The position numbers and the translations under genes are program-made. Source: Octopus sinensis (lineage: Eukaryota). From it: a stretch of 64,000 nt of DNA. Of the stretch, positions 13,235 through 26,349 are shown piece by piece; within the stretch, counting starts at the first letter, position 1; each line of letters opens with the position of its first letter. The stretch covers positions 23,250,001-23,314,000 of the forward strand of contig NC_043005.1 of NCBI RefSeq assembly GCF_006345805.1. Direction: 5' to 3'. The notes under the pieces were generated by a model. The model saw only the letters and a list, made by a program, of their open reading frames with translations. It did no database searches and was not told the DNA's origin.

Positions 13235-13614
13235 TTAACTCCAGTACCTGGTCATTGTGTGCTTTAGCAGAGTCCACTCTGTTGAAAGCATTCTTTGCAA
13301 CACACTAGTTATTCCATACTTCCTTTTTTGTGCTTGCAGAGCCATATCCACTTGAGTTGCCAGGAACTTAAAACCTAACCTAAGCTTTAGGAGCTATTAA
13401 ATGTCAGTATTTAATTAACTCTGGTTTCATTGCACAAGGTGAACGGCAGTTCTCCTGAAAAGAACAGCAATCTAGTGCAGATAACATTCCTATATGATTT
13501 GGCAGTACCCACTCTACCAAATAGCTAGGATGAACTATGGCAATGTAGGCTCAAACCACAACAAAGCAATTTTCTCAACCAGAGTTTAACTAACAACAAC
13601 AAAAATTATCAACA

Positions 13615-14050
13615 GGCGCAGGAGTGGCTGTGCGGTAAGTAGCTTGCTTACCATACATATGGTTCCAGGTTCAGTCCCACTGTGTGACACCTTGGGCAAG
13701 TGTCTTCTACTATAGCCTCGGGCCGACCAAAGCCTTGTGAGTGGATTTGGTAGACGGAAACTGAAAGAAGCCCATCGTACATATGTGTATATTTATATAT
13801 ATCTATATATATATATGTATGTGTGTGTATATGTTTGTGTGTCTGTGTTTGTCCCCCCAACATCGCTTGACAACCGATGCTGGTGTGTTTACGTCCCTGC
13901 AACTTAACGATTCAGCAAAAGAGACTGACAGAATAAGTACTAAGCTTACAGAGAATAAGCCCTGGGGTCGATTTGCTCGACTAAAGGTGGTGCTCCAGCA
14001 TGGCCGCAGTCAAATGACTGAAACAAGTAAAAGAGTAAAGAGTAAAGAGT
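13615..14050 (+). mobile_element. SINE family B, well preserved
   Basis: Head ggcgcaggagtggctgtgcggtaag, B-box ggttcagtccc, 3' (GAGTAAA)n tail. Confidence 0.85.
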
Positions 14051-15304
14051 GGATCTAATTTGAACCTCTTGACTACGATTTGGTAGTTTAATACTCTGGC
14101 CACTTGGCCATTTTGTCTGTACACATCACAACCAGTTTCCTCAAATTCTAGTGTTTATTCTTTTGTGTGAAAAAAACAATATAAAGTTAAATATGTTTGT
14201 ATAACAAGAGAAGGAAAATCTGGCATTTCAAGTAATGTCCAAGTAGACAATTACAGTTCCTCTTGAATTTTGATTTTTATCTGTTCCATGCCAAAGCATA
14301 AATTGAGATATCTTGATGTGTCATGAGGAAAAGGAATGTCTAACATTTTTGCAGCAGTGCCAGAGAAGCAAATAACTAGTCTTCTTGAATTCTTAGTGTT
14401 TATGCCTTTTTTTTTATAAAAAAATACCTGAACAAAGGTAACTAGGTGTGTTGTAAAGAATAGAAAAATCTTAAATATTATGCAAGGTCAAAGCAGACAA
14501 CCATTAAACTCTTTGAAATAACATTTTTAACCTTTCTGTAAAATACTAGAAAGGGAAATATACTGATGTAGCTTTAGGAATAAGAGAATTTAGTATATTA
14601 AGTAAGGCCTGGGGTGGTGGACGGGCAGTATGTTGTTGTTATTGTTGTCAGTATCAGCACTGGTGGCTGCAACTGTGGCGTTGGTGTCAGCATTAGTGTC
14701 ACCACTATCGTCATCATCATCATTTAATGTCCATTTTCCTTGCTGGCATGAGCTGGATGATTTGATTAGAGCTAGCAAGCAAGAGGACTATGCTAAGCTC
14801 TTCTGTCTATTTTGACATGGTTTCTGTGACTGGATTCCCTCCTTAATGCCAACCACTTTGCAGAGTGTTATGAATGACCAATAATTCCTGGCTCAAAGAA
14901 ACTAATTTCTAATCATAGTCCAAAACAGTAAAGTGTCATATAGTGCTATCCATGATATTCCAAATTAAATGTGTTATTCAAAATGGCCATTCTCTCTCTC
15001 TCTGATCACCAAATGTGTATGCCTTTTATGTCAAGGGAAATCACTGAAATCATAACACTATTTGCATAACATTCACCCCCACTTAAAATAAATTTTTATA
15101 GATCAAGCCTTTCCAGGGTTTTCAGAATTCTTTGAGATCGACGCAGTTGAAGGGACGCTTCTTGTTGTTTTAGAGCGTTATCTTTAATGACTCAAATGCT
15201 TTTACTTGTTGGCTATAAGAAGAAATTTCAAGGCATTATTGAGAGAATATATTTTGTCAGAAAATTTGGAGATCCACTTAGCATAATAAGAAAACACACT
15301 GACA

Positions 15305-15374
15305 GGCATATGGCATAGTGGGCAAGAGTGTGGGCTACTAACGCCAAGATTCCGAGTTCGATTCCAGGCAGTGA

Positions 15375-15406
<32 letters not shown>

Positions 15407-16128
15407 TTAATAATAAAATGCCCTGATGCAGTACCAGGCAGTGGCTCTCATGGCTTCTGATCTTGACTGATTGGAAGTGTTATCATGTACATCATTTTGT
15501 CTTCATATAAAAGATGGGCTACAGCAAATATTCTGCTCGATATCACAGATTTGCTTTCAGTTGTTTGACTTTAACCAGTTGAGCATGTCCCTTTGTAGCT
15601 GACGATATGTGCATCTCTGATCACGAGCAGAAGAAGTGGGGGAGCATCATAGCCATGTGTTGAGAGGGATTCTTTGGGGTTTGAATAATTCACCTCTGGA
15701 AACATGGATGTTTCGTTCAACATTCAGAGACCTTTTGAGTGGGATGGGTTACTCGACCAGAAGAAAATTCTAACTGGGCCCCACCTGCAAGGTCATGCGC
15801 TGTTTATCTTGATATGAGATCACCATGTCGCACACATATGGTTGTGATGCATGTGCCTGGTGTACCCTTATCAGACGGGTAGTCATAATGGGTATACTGA
15901 GCTTTGTATATTTTACCCCAATGTCACTTTGACGGCAGGCATTGCTCTCTCACTCAATAATAATAATAATAACAACAACAACAACATTGAAAAATACCTA
16001 AGGAATGAGGACCCAGGTTCAAAATTTCCCCAAGACACCTGATGAAGGCTGGAGGGTATATCAGCCGAAACGTTGTGTTAACAACAAACAAGATGAGGAC
16101 AAATATCCATCAGATATAAAAAATGTAT
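15305..16128 (+). mobile_element. tRNA-headed SINE with hammerhead-containing tail, interrupted by a ~540-bp insert in its (AAT)n linker
   Basis: A-box tggcatagtgg and B-box gagttcgattcc at 15311-15366; (AAT)n at 15379-15415 and 15956-15987; hammerhead at 16033-16079. Confidence 0.65.
16033..16079 (+). ncRNA. Minimal type I hammerhead ribozyme (Penelope LTR style)
   Basis: gacac | CUGAUGA (16039-45) | extra A | stem II ggctg/cagcc | GAAA | palindromic ACGU stem III | U17 | gtgtt pairing with gacac. Confidence 0.7.
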
Positions 16129-17512
16129 ACTAACTCTCTCTTTGATCATCAAATATGCATGCCCTTTCAGGGAAATCACTGAAATCATAGCACGATTTGC
16201 ATAACACAGAGTGTACCAGAGTCTTTGTTCATAGCACCAGCACTGACAGGGTCACCAAGTAATTTGCAAGACAAAGTCCCCTCAACTGTGGTGGGTAGTA
16301 CTGAAGGAAGTGGTTTTTGTGCTAGTTGCTGAGAGGCTAAAAGAATAATAGAGGGATAGAGGTAGGAGTCTTGCTGTAGAAGAGATACAAGGATACCCCA
16401 GTTGGAGAAGAAGGGAGACAAAGAGAGACTTAAGAAAGAAAGATAGAGATGGAGAGAGTGAGAGGGATGGTGGTGGATATGTGTCAGGACATACCAGTGA
16501 GGTATTTAGTAACAAGCTTTTGTGTGCTCTGAGTTCAAATTCTGCCAATGTCAGCTTTATATTTTTATCCTTCTAGGGTCAATAAAATGAATACAAATCA
16601 AATAATAGGGTCACTATATTCAAATAGACCTTCTCCCAAAAACTTGTGACTTTGTGCTTGTTAGAAATCAATAGATGGAGCAGAGCCTAAGTAGACATTA
16701 AATAGTCTTCATGAATTTTAAATGACATTCCTTTGTCATCATGGTTAAGTCATATTAATCATTAGAAATACACGTACATTGTTATATTCACTTTATTTTT
16801 ATTGTTATTTTGTTGTAATAATAGTATAAATTATTAAACAACCTTTCCTTTTTATATCCTTTAGACTTTCAGATTTTACATTAATAATAAAAATCTCTAT
16901 CAGCAGATATTTTATTTTGTTCCTGTATTAAAATTTTTTTTTTTAAATTGAGACTCCCTGGTTTTTCTCTTCCCAAATCATCATTGACAATTCTTTTAGT
17001 GCCTTCTGTTTTCATTCCAGTCAATTCTATCGATATAATTCTCTCCTCAGCAGTCTCCATAAATAATTTGCATCTTCTCATACAACAGCTGCTATCTTTA
17101 AACCATATCTCTTCAGCTTTCACTGCCAGAAGCTGGCTTTCCTTTCCAAAACTACTGGTCTCCTAACTTCAACACTTTGGCAACAGTGCACTTGCCTTTA
17201 TTATGTTCTTTGCTGACAGCTATTCTGCTTTAACTCTAAGGATATTTCACTGAAACAAAGACACTTCTGAGGAAAATTTAATATTCAGGTGGTCTTCCTA
17301 TGCTTTAATCTTGTTGTTGTTGTTTCCCTGGTTGCTAGTCTTGTTGTTGTTGTTGTAGTTGGTGTTAAGAACATATTTACTTTGGTAATATTTACATACA
17401 TGCATATATATTGTATGTATGCATGTATATATGTTTGTGTGTGTGTGTGTATATATACATACATACACCAAACACATATATATATTTGTAGATACATCCA
17501 TCCATCCATATA

Positions 17513-17563
<51 letters not shown>

Positions 17564-18038
17564 ATATATATATATATAAGTATGTATGTATATATCTATA
17601 TATTTGTGTATATACAAACATACATATCTATATATATATATACACACACGCACATATATATATATACATACACATACATATATATATAGATATACATATG
17701 TATATATACGTGTAAATATGTGTATATGAATATATATATATCATAGATCCATTCATAACTGTGTATATATCTGTGTGTGCGTGTGTGTGTGTGCATGTGT
17801 GTGATGTAAATATTAACAAATCCAATAGCTTGGTTTTCAATTTTCAGTCATTTCTTTATCTGTAAGATCTGTAGAATCACATGTATGAAAAATGGATTTT
17901 GTGATGTTCCCATACATACCAAAAGTAGTTTATTATGTGTGCATATATATATATATGCACTTACAGCAATTACAAACTCTCCACAGTTGCTACTGTATCT
18001 TAATGCTTTGTGATATGATTCAGGATTTTATTAATTAA

Positions 18039-18258
18039 ACCTTTCTTTACCAACCCAGTTGAAACCGGCTCTGGCTCCGAATACAAATGTCTTGTCTTCA
18101 TAAGTTTTGAATTAAAATCTTCCACCAGACTTTAGTCACAGTTTATGTTCCTAACACTAGCTTAATGATAACTACGTTCTTTCACTAATTTCTTTGTTAT
18201 CTTTAAAGTAATTGAAAGAAACACAGAGCATCGCAAAATAAATACAGTAATGAAAGGG
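18039..18258. mobile_element. piggyBac-like MITE
   Basis: ttaa|acctttctttacc...gtaatgaaaggg|taaa; matches 27875-28093. Confidence 0.65.
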
Positions 18259-20063
18259 TAAAACCTTTAGTTGTATTGAAAAGTACTAAAAATAGTACAA
18301 TAATAGTGTGTGTGTGTATACATACATACGTAATTATGTATGGTACAGAGTCATGCAATGCACACCAGCTGAAGAAGAGCAGTGACCAAATCATTAAAGA
18401 TCCACGCCATTTTACAAAACACAAGTTTTTCCCATCAGTTTGACAAAGTTATATCTAAATATGTTTACATCTACTGCAGTTAAATAAATTAAATAGGCCA
18501 TACTCTTTGCAAGGCTCTCTAGAAACTAGCTGTAAAGAGTAAGCTTAAAACGAACCAGTACAAGTGAACAAACAAAGCATTTAGAAATAGGGATAAGGCC
18601 CATTTGACAGCTGACATTTCATTTCACCCACCTGCTCTTCTGAATCAATGTTACAGATATAAGACCAGTAATGTGGGTCAACCAGTGGGTGGATTCACTA
18701 AAGGTTAAAGGTTATCATTTCACCTCACCCTCACTCTGTTTGGTTTCATAAATGGAATCAAATCTTTAATTGATTTTTAAAGTGCTTTTTCTTGTTACAA
18801 AGGAATTTTAATAATTGATATATTGCCATTTCCCCCCACCATTTTTATTGTAGAACATAGAATAAAGGAGTTTTCAAAGATGCTAGTGGTGATGGTTATT
18901 GTTTTGATCCAAGCTAGTCCTGATTCTACAGATCTGTCATTGAAAGCTTTCTGCCTGTGACCATCCTCTTCTTTTCAAGAGACAAAATGTGTGTTTCTAG
19001 AACTACATTTTTGATGTACCCTTCCTTGTTATTTAGCCTCTTATCCAATAAATCTATGATCATTTGTATTCTATCTATGACCAACTAATCTTTTTTTAGG
19101 CATCATCATCATCGTTGTACATCATTGTTTACATCAGCTTTGTCATGCTGGCTTGCATTTAGCATATTTTCTGTGATAATGTTTTAGGGCCAGATGTCCT
19201 TCCTGTTATCAAACCCTTTTAGTCGTCTCTTGTGACATGCAAGGATTTGATGTGTCTATTCTAAAACTAGGGTATGCAAATTAATATAAAATATGTATTA
19301 CTACATTGCCTAATGTGGCCCTTGCTTTTTAAAGACAGTAGAACATGGCTTGAGGGACATTTGACAGCTATTCCTAGGAAGACAAGCAACTGCAGTATTC
19401 TTCATCACTTTAGTGTTGAAGTAGCAGAGAAGCAGGACTAAATTATATTTCAGTGTTTTGTTGTGTTGCTTTATATTCTGAGTTCAAATCCATTTGAAGT
19501 TGGCCTCCATAAGAAGAAATCATGACCAAAAAGAACATGTTTGTATTCTGTATTCCATTCCAAGTAGTTGTAGCAGTTGATATAAAGGTGAAACAAAGTA
19601 CCCATTAAATGGAAAGCAAGAGGAACATCATATGCTGTAATCTGCAGGGAGAGAGAAAAATCAGGCATGGTTCATCATTTGTGGAGGGAAAATGGATGTC
19701 ACCAATCCTCGTGGAACAACCAAGAATAGAGAGCGAAAACACTGAAATACAGGATGACTGAAATAATCAGGATATATGTTGGGCTTTCATAATTTGTTGA
19801 TTAGCCTAGCATAATGATGAATATCATTAAGAAAGCTTTAATATTAAACCTACAGAAAATTTAGATTTTAAGTTCCTAATGCTGATAACTTAAATGTCCT
19901 ATGGAGCAATGTGATAGTGAACATAAACACTGATTGAACATTTTGATATCAACCTACCTTGATATGAAGATTACTTCTGGTTTATCAAATCCTTGCATGT
20001 CAATGAAATAAACTGCGTTTTAAATTGATTTAAATGAAAAACTTTTGCCAAAATTTCACATAA

Positions 20064-20460
20064 GCATAGGAGTGGCTGTTCAGTCCCACTGCATGGCACC
20101 TTGGGCAAGTGTCTTCTACTATAGCCTCAGGCTGGCTAAAGCCTTGTGAGTGGATTTGGTAGACGGAAACTGAAAGAAGCCTGTCGTATATATGTATATG
20201 TATGTGTGTGTATATATGTTTGTGTGTGTATGTTTGGGTGTCTGTGTTTGTCCCTCCAACACCGCTTGACAACCAATGCTGGTGTGTTTATGTCCCTGTA
20301 ACTTAGTGCTTCAGCAAAAGAGACCGATAGAATAAGTACCAGGCTTACAAAGAATAAGTCCTGGTGTCGATTTGGTCAACACCAGGATTTGCTGGAGCAA
20401 TCCTGTGGCAGTGCTCCAGCATGGCCACAGTCAAATGACTGAAACAAGTAAAAGAGAAAG
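20064..20460 (+). mobile_element. SINE family B
   Basis: Colinear with 13615-14050. Confidence 0.8.
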
Positions 20461-20921
20461 AGTATTAAAAAGCTTGCATCCCAACCAACTGGTTTTAAGT
20501 TCACCTTGGGAAAGTGTCTTCTACTATAGCCCAGGATTGACCAATGCTTTGTGAGACAATATGAAAGCCTGCCATGTGTGTGTGTGTGCATGCGCAAATA
20601 TTAACATTTCATGACTTTGCTTATTACCATGTTTAGATTCCTTGTTAACCTTATGACCAATCCCTCTGCATGTTCAAAGACCTGTGGAATAAGAGAATCC
20701 CTTTCTTTAAAAACAAGTAACAGTTGATGATAGGAAGAATATCCAGCTGTAAAATCCTGCCTTGAATAATTCCCTGCCTAACCCATGGGAAATGGATATC
20801 AATCCTTTTGATATCAACCTGCCTGGGACTACCCCTGGTTCTATGATACAAACTTCCTATTTCAGAGTGATCTATTTGTTTGTATGCATATATCTACTAT
20901 ATTATTATTTTACTATGGCAA

Positions 20922-21113
20922 GTGTTTATAAGCCATTTAAGAAACACACAAAAACTGTTAGATTCACTTCAACATTTAAATTTAATTTGCCAAAATATTT
21001 TCGTTGCTTTGAGACCGCAACCTGTTCATTGATAAAATTCCATGCAGCATGGAATTTAAATGTTGAAGTGAATCTAACGCTTTTTGTGTGCTTCTTTAAT
21101 GGCTTATAAACAC
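20922..21113. repeat. Fold-back element: 61-bp inverted arms plus an inner palindrome
   Basis: Arms 20922-20982 and 21053-21113 match 57/61; inner perfect hairpin aaattccatgc-a-gcatggaattt at 21035-21057. Confidence 0.85.
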
Positions 21114-23689
21114 CTTCCATGCTGCAATTATTTTTGTTCCTGCACACGGTCTTAGATTAGGTCACTTGCTATGTAAGTACATCTCCATAACTATTATTTT
21201 ACTGCTCTTCTCTTTTTCTGTACTGCCATCACCTCTTCTTCCCTAAATTTCTTGCAATGCATATTTACCATTGAGCAATCCTCAATTTTTGTTCACCATT
21301 CAATATATTCACACCTACCTCCACCTTCCCTACATACTTTTGTAACCTCTACCCATCAAGCCTTCCTGATCTTCTGTCTCCATACTTACTTCTATCCACT
21401 TTTTGATCAGAAGGTGGTGTCAAGGTGTCAGTGCATTGGGCTTTCATAATTTGTTGATGAGCCATCATATGGAAGCTTTTATCAAGAAAGAATGTCCTGT
21501 GGAGCAATGGGGTAGTGAACATAAACATTGATTGAACCTTTTGATATCAATCTACTCTGATATGAAGATCACCTCTGGTTCATCAAATCCCTGCATGTCA
21601 ATGAAATAAACTGTGTTTTAAATTGATCATCTTATCACCACCTTCTTTATCTTTGTAGCTTCACTCCAATTACTCCCACTCACCATTGTATAATATGAAG
21701 TAGCCATGCCAAAGACAGCTTGGTTCAAAGTCTCTCTTGACCAGAAATGGCCTGAACACTTTGTATGACCACCCTCCCTGTACATAACTCCCTGTCCACC
21801 TACATGGCCTTGCTTTTGCTTTTTGAGCCAATAAAAATTGAATTGAATTGAATGTATCTCTTCTACACCAAGAAACTTGTTTCTGTCCTTTCTATCATAC
21901 TTTAACCTCTCAGCACCTAATATAAAGCTGCTTTCCTCTCTACTGTACTCCCTTTCAGTCAAGGCAATTCTTTGTGAGTTACATAGTATCCTTACAATTG
22001 CTAATGCTTCAAAGAGCATCCAGTACACTCTGTGGTTAGCACCAGGAAGGGCATTTGGCTGTAACAATTCTGCCAAAGTAGATACTGTAGTACAACATAC
22101 TCCTCTATCTTGTCAGATTCTGTAGAAATGTCCAACCCATGCCAGCATAGAAGACAGACGTTAAATAATGATGACGACGACAACGATGATGATAATGATA
22201 GTGGTGGTGGTATATGAATATTCAAGGTATATAACCAGGGTATACAAGGAATATATTAAATCATTATAAAATGATTTACCTAATTACTATTGAATAATGA
22301 TTTACTAAACAAATCTATTGTAAATGGAAATCACCTAAGGTTTATATTCTGGCTGTAAATATTTAATTTATTTCATGAATATTTATTGAAAATAGATGAA
22401 CATCTCCACTCTTAATCCCTCCACTTTATCCCCCCTCCCTCTCGCTCTCTCATATACACCACACACACTTCTTGAAGTCAATAAAAGCAAACACCCACAA
22501 ACACTTACCTATTGACCATGAAAGGTTTATTTAACTAGTGTGGAAGAAGACTGAACAGTTTCCTGTTTGCAGTTTATTACAATTTATTATTTATCAATGA
22601 CATCTTATAGACATCAATAGCTGAGGCAGGCTGTTACCATTCTCTTTGTGCTGTGGTGTCAGTTAATGGTTGAATTGTAGTTTAGCAAGTTAAATTTATT
22701 CTCCACTAACTGATAAACATAACAGCCTGAAAGCATTAGGGACACATCCTATATATTTAGTGCCTTCAACACCAACTAGCATGAAACAGCCTCAATTAAA
22801 GTGATTAAATTTAAAATTCAAATCTAGCTGAAATGTCATTATTACATTAAAGATAATATCGTATATCAATATGTAAACATTTCTTATTTGTTGGAAGTAA
22901 TTTATTTTATTAAACCCCTCATGATTCTTGATTATTTTGAAAATTTAACCATAAAGACAGAATGTATTCTTGTTAGGAATACAGTCACAATAGAGTTGAT
23001 GATTGCAATAAATGGTTCTCAGGCCCTTGGAGGACCTTTCAAGCTGGTGCAGCTTTCTTTTGATGATGAGAAGCAGATAGATTAAAGAGAAATTTCAGTT
23101 CCTAGATAGATCACTTGTATGTCACAGGTAACATTCCCATTTGATCTTGTTTTTTTTTTTTCTTTTATTATGTCTGGGCAGATAATGTAACTGTTTTTCT
23201 AAACAGGAAAAAGGGATGAGAAATAAACCACTTTCTGGTTAAGATAGTGGTTTAAGACAGGATATAAAAAAGTGATTTCAAGTACATTGGGGCTTGGAGA
23301 GTCAAAATGAGGCCCTTGAAAATTTGATGGCTTCTTGCTAAAAGAAAACCTCACTTACATCACTTAATAAAAGTTAGCAAACATGTAGCTCTTCAGATAT
23401 TTTCTTAGCTTCTTACCAAGACCTGTATATTTTTTCTGAGGTAAATGGATCATTTCCCCCTGTGAAAGGGTGAATGAGTGATAATACCCATGAACAAGAG
23501 TGTCAGGCATGTTGGATTCATCTTTATGTCTGATTAAATTTGAATCAGACATTCAATGTTGTCTGAATTTATCCAATTTATTGGCTCATATAAATTCTGG
23601 CAAAGAAACTTGAAAGTATCATGTATTTTGCTTCTCATCTTAACAACATTCAGTTAGCATTGCAAGATTTTTTGGAGCTTAGCAGACTG

Positions 23690-24545
23690 TACAAAAAGTG
23701 AAGTGAGTGAAGTATTAGTAAAACCAACACACTTTGCTTGCATGTTAATTTTGGCTGTTTGGTATAAAGTATTGATTTTTGTAAATATTTGCAACAAGTC
23801 TGTTAAACCAGAGGTGTCACATTGGATGTGAAGGGAAATTTCTTTGAAGATTTAAAGAAGATATGAAACAACTGGAAAAACATCTGGAAAGAAGCTTAAG
23901 AGGTGACATCAAATCTTGAGATGGAAATCAAACTCCCATAAGTGCGTGAAGGTGTGAGACAAAAGAAGGGAGCATGATGACACAGCTTCTGATGCCAATT
24001 TTCAGAAATGACTGATTCAGAGAATTTGCAAGTTGAGGCCCATATTAATGTTGAAGTTTTGATTGATATTGCAGAATTTATTATACTTTTTAATGTCAAG
24101 TGGTTCACAGAAAATTTTGATTTCCTCAGGAAATGTCTCACAATATCTGAAAGTAAAGTGGTGAAAAAATAGTGAAACTGTTAGAACATCATTATTCCAC
24201 TGACCTTCACACTGAAAAATTTGCAACAAAATACATTTACCATCAATACAAAAAACAAATTTTGGAAACCAGAACTGAAATCTTCAGAACAGCTAAATTT
24301 ATTAACTGACTAAAAACTTTGTGAGATATTTCCAAATATTTGTGCTAATTTGAGAATACTGTTGACAATTCCAGCTGCAATAGCATCTGTAAAAAAATCT
24401 TCCAGCAAACTTAAACATAGCAAAACCTTTTAAAGGGCAATGTGTCTTACCTGTTAATTTAGCCAGAAGGAATATTGAATCAAACATTGCCAGATAAACT
24501 GACTTGTGATAATGTTGTCAGAAATTTTTTTAGATAAAAAGGTTA
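23690..24545 (+). mobile_element. hAT transposase relic (C-terminal dimerisation domain)
   Basis: Translation from ~24319 gives CEIFPNICANLRILLTIPAAIASVKKSSSKLK..., then NLARRNIESNIAR; matches the hAT FPN..ILLTIP..SAERSFSKLK..LSIE pattern; stops and frameshifts. Confidence 0.75.
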
Positions 24546-24759
24546 TTTCTTTAATTAATGAGGCTTGTTGTATAAAGTAAATTATAATCTGGTTATTCTG
24601 GAGAACAGAGAATAAAGCATATTCATTAAGTTATCAGTGGTTATATTTAGATTTCTTGAGATTAGCCAACATGTAAAAATATGCTTTTATAATTATACAT
24701 CAAAAACTGCCTATTTTGTTGTTGTTGTTGTTATTATTTCATGATGATGGTGTTGTTGT

Positions 24760-25170
24760 TGTTGTTGTTGTTGTTCACTTTTCAGATGGAATTTGTTGAG
24801 GCAGATTTTCTAAGGGTGGATGTCTTTCCTGTTGCTAACCCTCACCTATTTCCATGCAAGGTAATATTTCCCTGTGGCCGGATATGTTCAGAGAAGATAG
24901 GAAATGAATGATACCACATGTATGGCAGCGACACTTGTTTACAACTATTATGCAAGTCAAAGAGACATGATCACACACACATGTGCACATATACACATTC
25001 ACACATACATATATCTACATTTACAACAAGCTTCTTTCAGTTTCCATCCAGTAATTCTAAATAAAAATCTTTGCTTAGCCTAGGTCTATAACAGAAGACA
25101 CTTACCCAAAGTGCTACACAATGGGATTGAACCCCAAATCATCCAGTTTGGAAGTATACTCTTTAACCAC
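24760..25170 (-). mobile_element. SINE family B (degenerate)
   Basis: Reverse complement of 8132-8568 organisation. Confidence 0.65.
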
Positions 25171-26048
25171 TGTCATGCCTGCACCTGTTTTTCTCTAAAG
25201 AAGGTAAAACATTATTAAAATTTCATTTTAGGCCATTATTTTTATCAAAAAGACTTCATTGAAGATTTAAGGTTCAAATGGACTTTAAATTCCCAAATCT
25301 CAGTTTTAAGAGAAGCCCTTCCTTCCAAGGGACCCAAACATAGTTATGTTCTGCCTTGCACAATTTCTCTCAGAGATTCTGATCACAGATAACATTCTCA
25401 AATGATTTCATTAAATCTAATTATTTTTCAATACATCTAAATATTTTGCTCAAGAAACACAACAAAATACCACTAAGACTCAAGAGTCAGTAGTTCTAAT
25501 CTTTTAAACTCACTATTACTATGGCACTACATAATTCAGGTAGACTAATTTGCATATGACTTGCAGTCTAATTCAATTTGTAAATTACTGGTATGCTATC
25601 AATGTTTTATTTCACTGCTGCAATGTTACAAAATAACAATTAAACCCAGTTAACATATCAAAATTTATCAATTGGATTTGTTGCCCAGAATTCATACCTT
25701 CTCTTTTTCATCATCATCATCATCTCATTTTAACATCCACTTTTCCATTCTTGCATGGATCAGACAGAATTTGTTGATGCAGATTTTCTAATATGGCTGG
25801 ACACCCTCCCTGTCACCAACTCTCATCTATTTCTAAGCAAGGTAATATTTTCCATGGTCAGATGTGGTTTTGGGGAAGACTGGTAATAAGGGATGCTCCT
25901 TATATAACAGTGATGCTTATTGATAACTATTGCATGATGTCAAGACTGCTGAGAGACACAAACACACATATTATATGCAAATACACACATGCAAAATATA
26001 AGCAAACACACGTCATTTATGAAAATTGGTCTATCTAATCCTTTAGTA

Positions 26049-26349
26049 CAATGGTTCACAAAGTGGGTGGTACTATTCCCCCTGGGGGCAGTGGAAAGAT
26101 CCAGCGGGGGGGGGGGGGTTTGAAGTAAAATGGGGCGATAACAGGGTGACTAAAATGGGGCAGTGAATATAAAAAAACAAATAAAATAAAGGGTTAATTA
26201 GGTTAAGTTTTATTTGTGAAATACTGTTTTTTTTAACTTGCTGCAGAAAATGGTCAATGTCTGTGATGGTGAGTGGGGGGGGGGGGGGCACTAGGAATGT
26301 GGCCTTAGAATCAAGGGGGCGGCAGCCTGAAAAAGTTTGGGAATCACTG
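26049..26349. mobile_element. hAT (Buster/Charlie-type) MITE
   Basis: TIRs caatggttcacaaa / tttgggaatcactg; perfect 8-bp TSD ctttagta. Confidence 0.85.

Noticed and set aside
16881-17280. Possible host exon or LINE endonuclease fragment on the minus strand
   Set aside because: Only weak APE-like hints (FWKG, ERIISIEL), with stops; too weak to call.
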